Assembly: GCA_013265495.1 (NCBI GenBank)
Contig: MU058052.1
Span: 13,706 to 77,705 of the forward strand
DNA from: Vicugna vicugna
Taxonomy: Eukaryota
Direction: 5' to 3'
DNA length: 64,000 nucleotides
Part shown: positions 62,606-64,000 of the stretch, piece after piece
How positions within the stretch are numbered: the stretch's first letter is position 1
How the letters are laid out: every line of letters starts with the position of its first letter
The notes under the pieces: model-generated
Told to the model about the DNA's origin: nothing
Databases searched by the model: none
Seen by the model: only the letters and a program-made list of their open reading frames with translations
Translations under genes and position numbers: made by a program

Positions 62606-63503
62606 ATGAGCAAGATGAAGAAGCAGAGGAACCACTCCCAGTTAAAAGAACAAGAGAAATCCCCTGAAAGAACGATCAATGAAATAGACATTGATAGCCT
62701 ACTAGATCAAGATTTCAAAAAAGGAGTGATCAAAGTATTGAAGGAACTAAAAGAGACAGTGTTTAGAGATATAAAATACGTCAAAAGTGAAATGGAAACT
62801 ATAAAGAAGAGCCAAGTAGAATTGGTAAACTCATTTGCTGAGATGAGAACGGATCTAAAGGCTGTGCAAAGCAGACTAGATAATGCAGAGGAACGAATTA
62901 GTGACCTAGAAGACAGGACAACAGAAAGCACCCCATCAGACAACTGCAAGATAAACAAAAACAAATGAAAGAAACATAAGGGACCTATGGGATAATATAA
63001 AGCGTGCCAATCTTTGCATAATAGGGGTCCCAGAAGGGGAAGAAAGAACAAAGGGGATTGAAAAGGTTTTTGAAGAAATCATGACTGAAAACTTCCCACT
63101 CTTAAAGAAGAAATCAGATATCCAAGTACAGGAAGCTCAGAGGGTCCCAAACAGGAAGAACCCAAACAGACCCACACCAAGACATATCATAATCAAGATG
63201 GCCAGAGTCAAGGATAAAGAAATGATCCTAAAGGCAGCAAGAGAAAAACAAAGTGAGTTACAAGGGAACCCCCATAAGGCTCTCAGCTGATTTTTCTACA
63301 CAAAACACTACAGGCCAGAAGGAAGTGGCAAGATATATTCAAAGTCCTGAATGAAAAAAAAGATGCAGCCTTGGATACGCTATCCAGCAAGGCTATCCTT
63401 TAGGATAGAAGGAGAGATAAAGAATTTCACAGACAAACAAAAACTAAAACAGTTTAGCAACCCTAAACCCATGCTAAAAGAAACATCGAAAGGTCTACTC
63501 TAA
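62606..63503 (+). pseudogene. L1 ORF1p, frameshifted
   Basis: MSKMKKQRNHSQLKEQEKSPE...coiled-coil AVQSRLDNAEERISDLEDR, frameshift at ~62935, then ENFPLLKK..IQVQEAQRVPNRKNPNRPTPRHIIIKM...ILKAAREK, with further frameshifts. Ends ggtctactcTAA at 63503. Confidence 0.93.
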
Positions 63504-63871
63504 ATAGAAAAGAAGCAGGATGCTGCAGAAATGAGAAACTGATAACTGGAAAGGTGATAACTCATGAATTACAAATAAAGTAAACATGAAACTGTGAAAG
63601 AAGACATTTAAGTCATTAAGAGTGGGAGAGGGAAGCAAGAAAATATAGGTTTTTTTTCTTTTTTAATTTTTTTTTTCAATAGGATGCGTTCAAGATATAG
63701 TAATGGGCTGATAGACTTACAGAAAAGAGTAACCACAAGCTAAAAACTTACAAGGGAGTCACAAAAACTAAATAAAACCCATGATAATACAAAGGGAAAT
63801 TACCAAACCACAAAAGGAAGAAGAAAGGAACAAAGAGGAAATACCAAATCAACTGCAAAGATAAGTTCAAA

Positions 63872-64000
63872 ATGGCAATAAACACTCATCTATCATTAAT
63901 TACTGTAAATGTTAATGGACTAAATGCCCCAGTCAAAAGACAGAGTGGCAGACTGGATAATAAAGAAAGAACCTTCAATATGCTGCGTACAAGAGACCCA
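63872..64000 (+). pseudogene. L1 ORF2p endonuclease N-terminus, frameshifted
   Basis: MAINTHLSLITVNVNGLNAPVKR is the canonical EN start. A frameshift follows (aaaagacagagtggcagactgg) before RVADWI...ICCVQET. Confidence 0.9.

Larger units (their letters stand above)
60644..64000 (+). mobile_element. 5'-complete L1 (5' UTR, disrupted ORF1, start of ORF2), continues past the window end
   Basis: Starts ggggacgaggcCAAGATGGC (YY1-type motif, 60655-60663) after tttt/aagaaaagtaaaat (EN-type target; candidate TSD 60630-60643). CpG-rich 5' UTR, ORF1 from 62606, ORF2 ATG at 63872. Confidence 0.95.

Overview
Eukaryotic, mammalian genomic DNA, most likely camelid: there are two Vic-1-like tRNA-derived SINEs and camelid-type L1 3' ends (inferred from recalled repeat consensus, no search run). 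I find no intact protein-coding gene. The window looks like a mosaic of decayed gene 5' ends, all on the + strand. (1) PALLD (palladin, long isoform): promoter and non-coding exon 1 at ~4.9-5.1 kb, plus the large first coding exon at 12024-12913, which carries two frameshifts and an in-frame TGA. A degenerate class I ERV (minus strand, ~13.0-17.7 kb) and L1-rich intron-like DNA follow, and no later PALLD exon is seen. (2) TCOF1 (treacle): CpG-island promoter and exons 1-3 at 49.7-55.5 kb, with ATG>GTG, a +2 frameshift, a lost exon-1 donor and a TAG in exon 3; exon 4 is not seen. (3) A second, unidentified CpG-island promoter at 55.65-56.3 kb directly after TCOF1 exon 3. A 5'-complete but inactivated L1 runs from 60644 past the window end. 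PALLD and TCOF1 are on different human chromosomes, so this is probably a segmental-duplication or rearrangement mosaic (or a mis-join) that could yield chimeric transcripts. I see no support for a new biological 'system' beyond that. Gene identifications rest on my recall of the human sequences.
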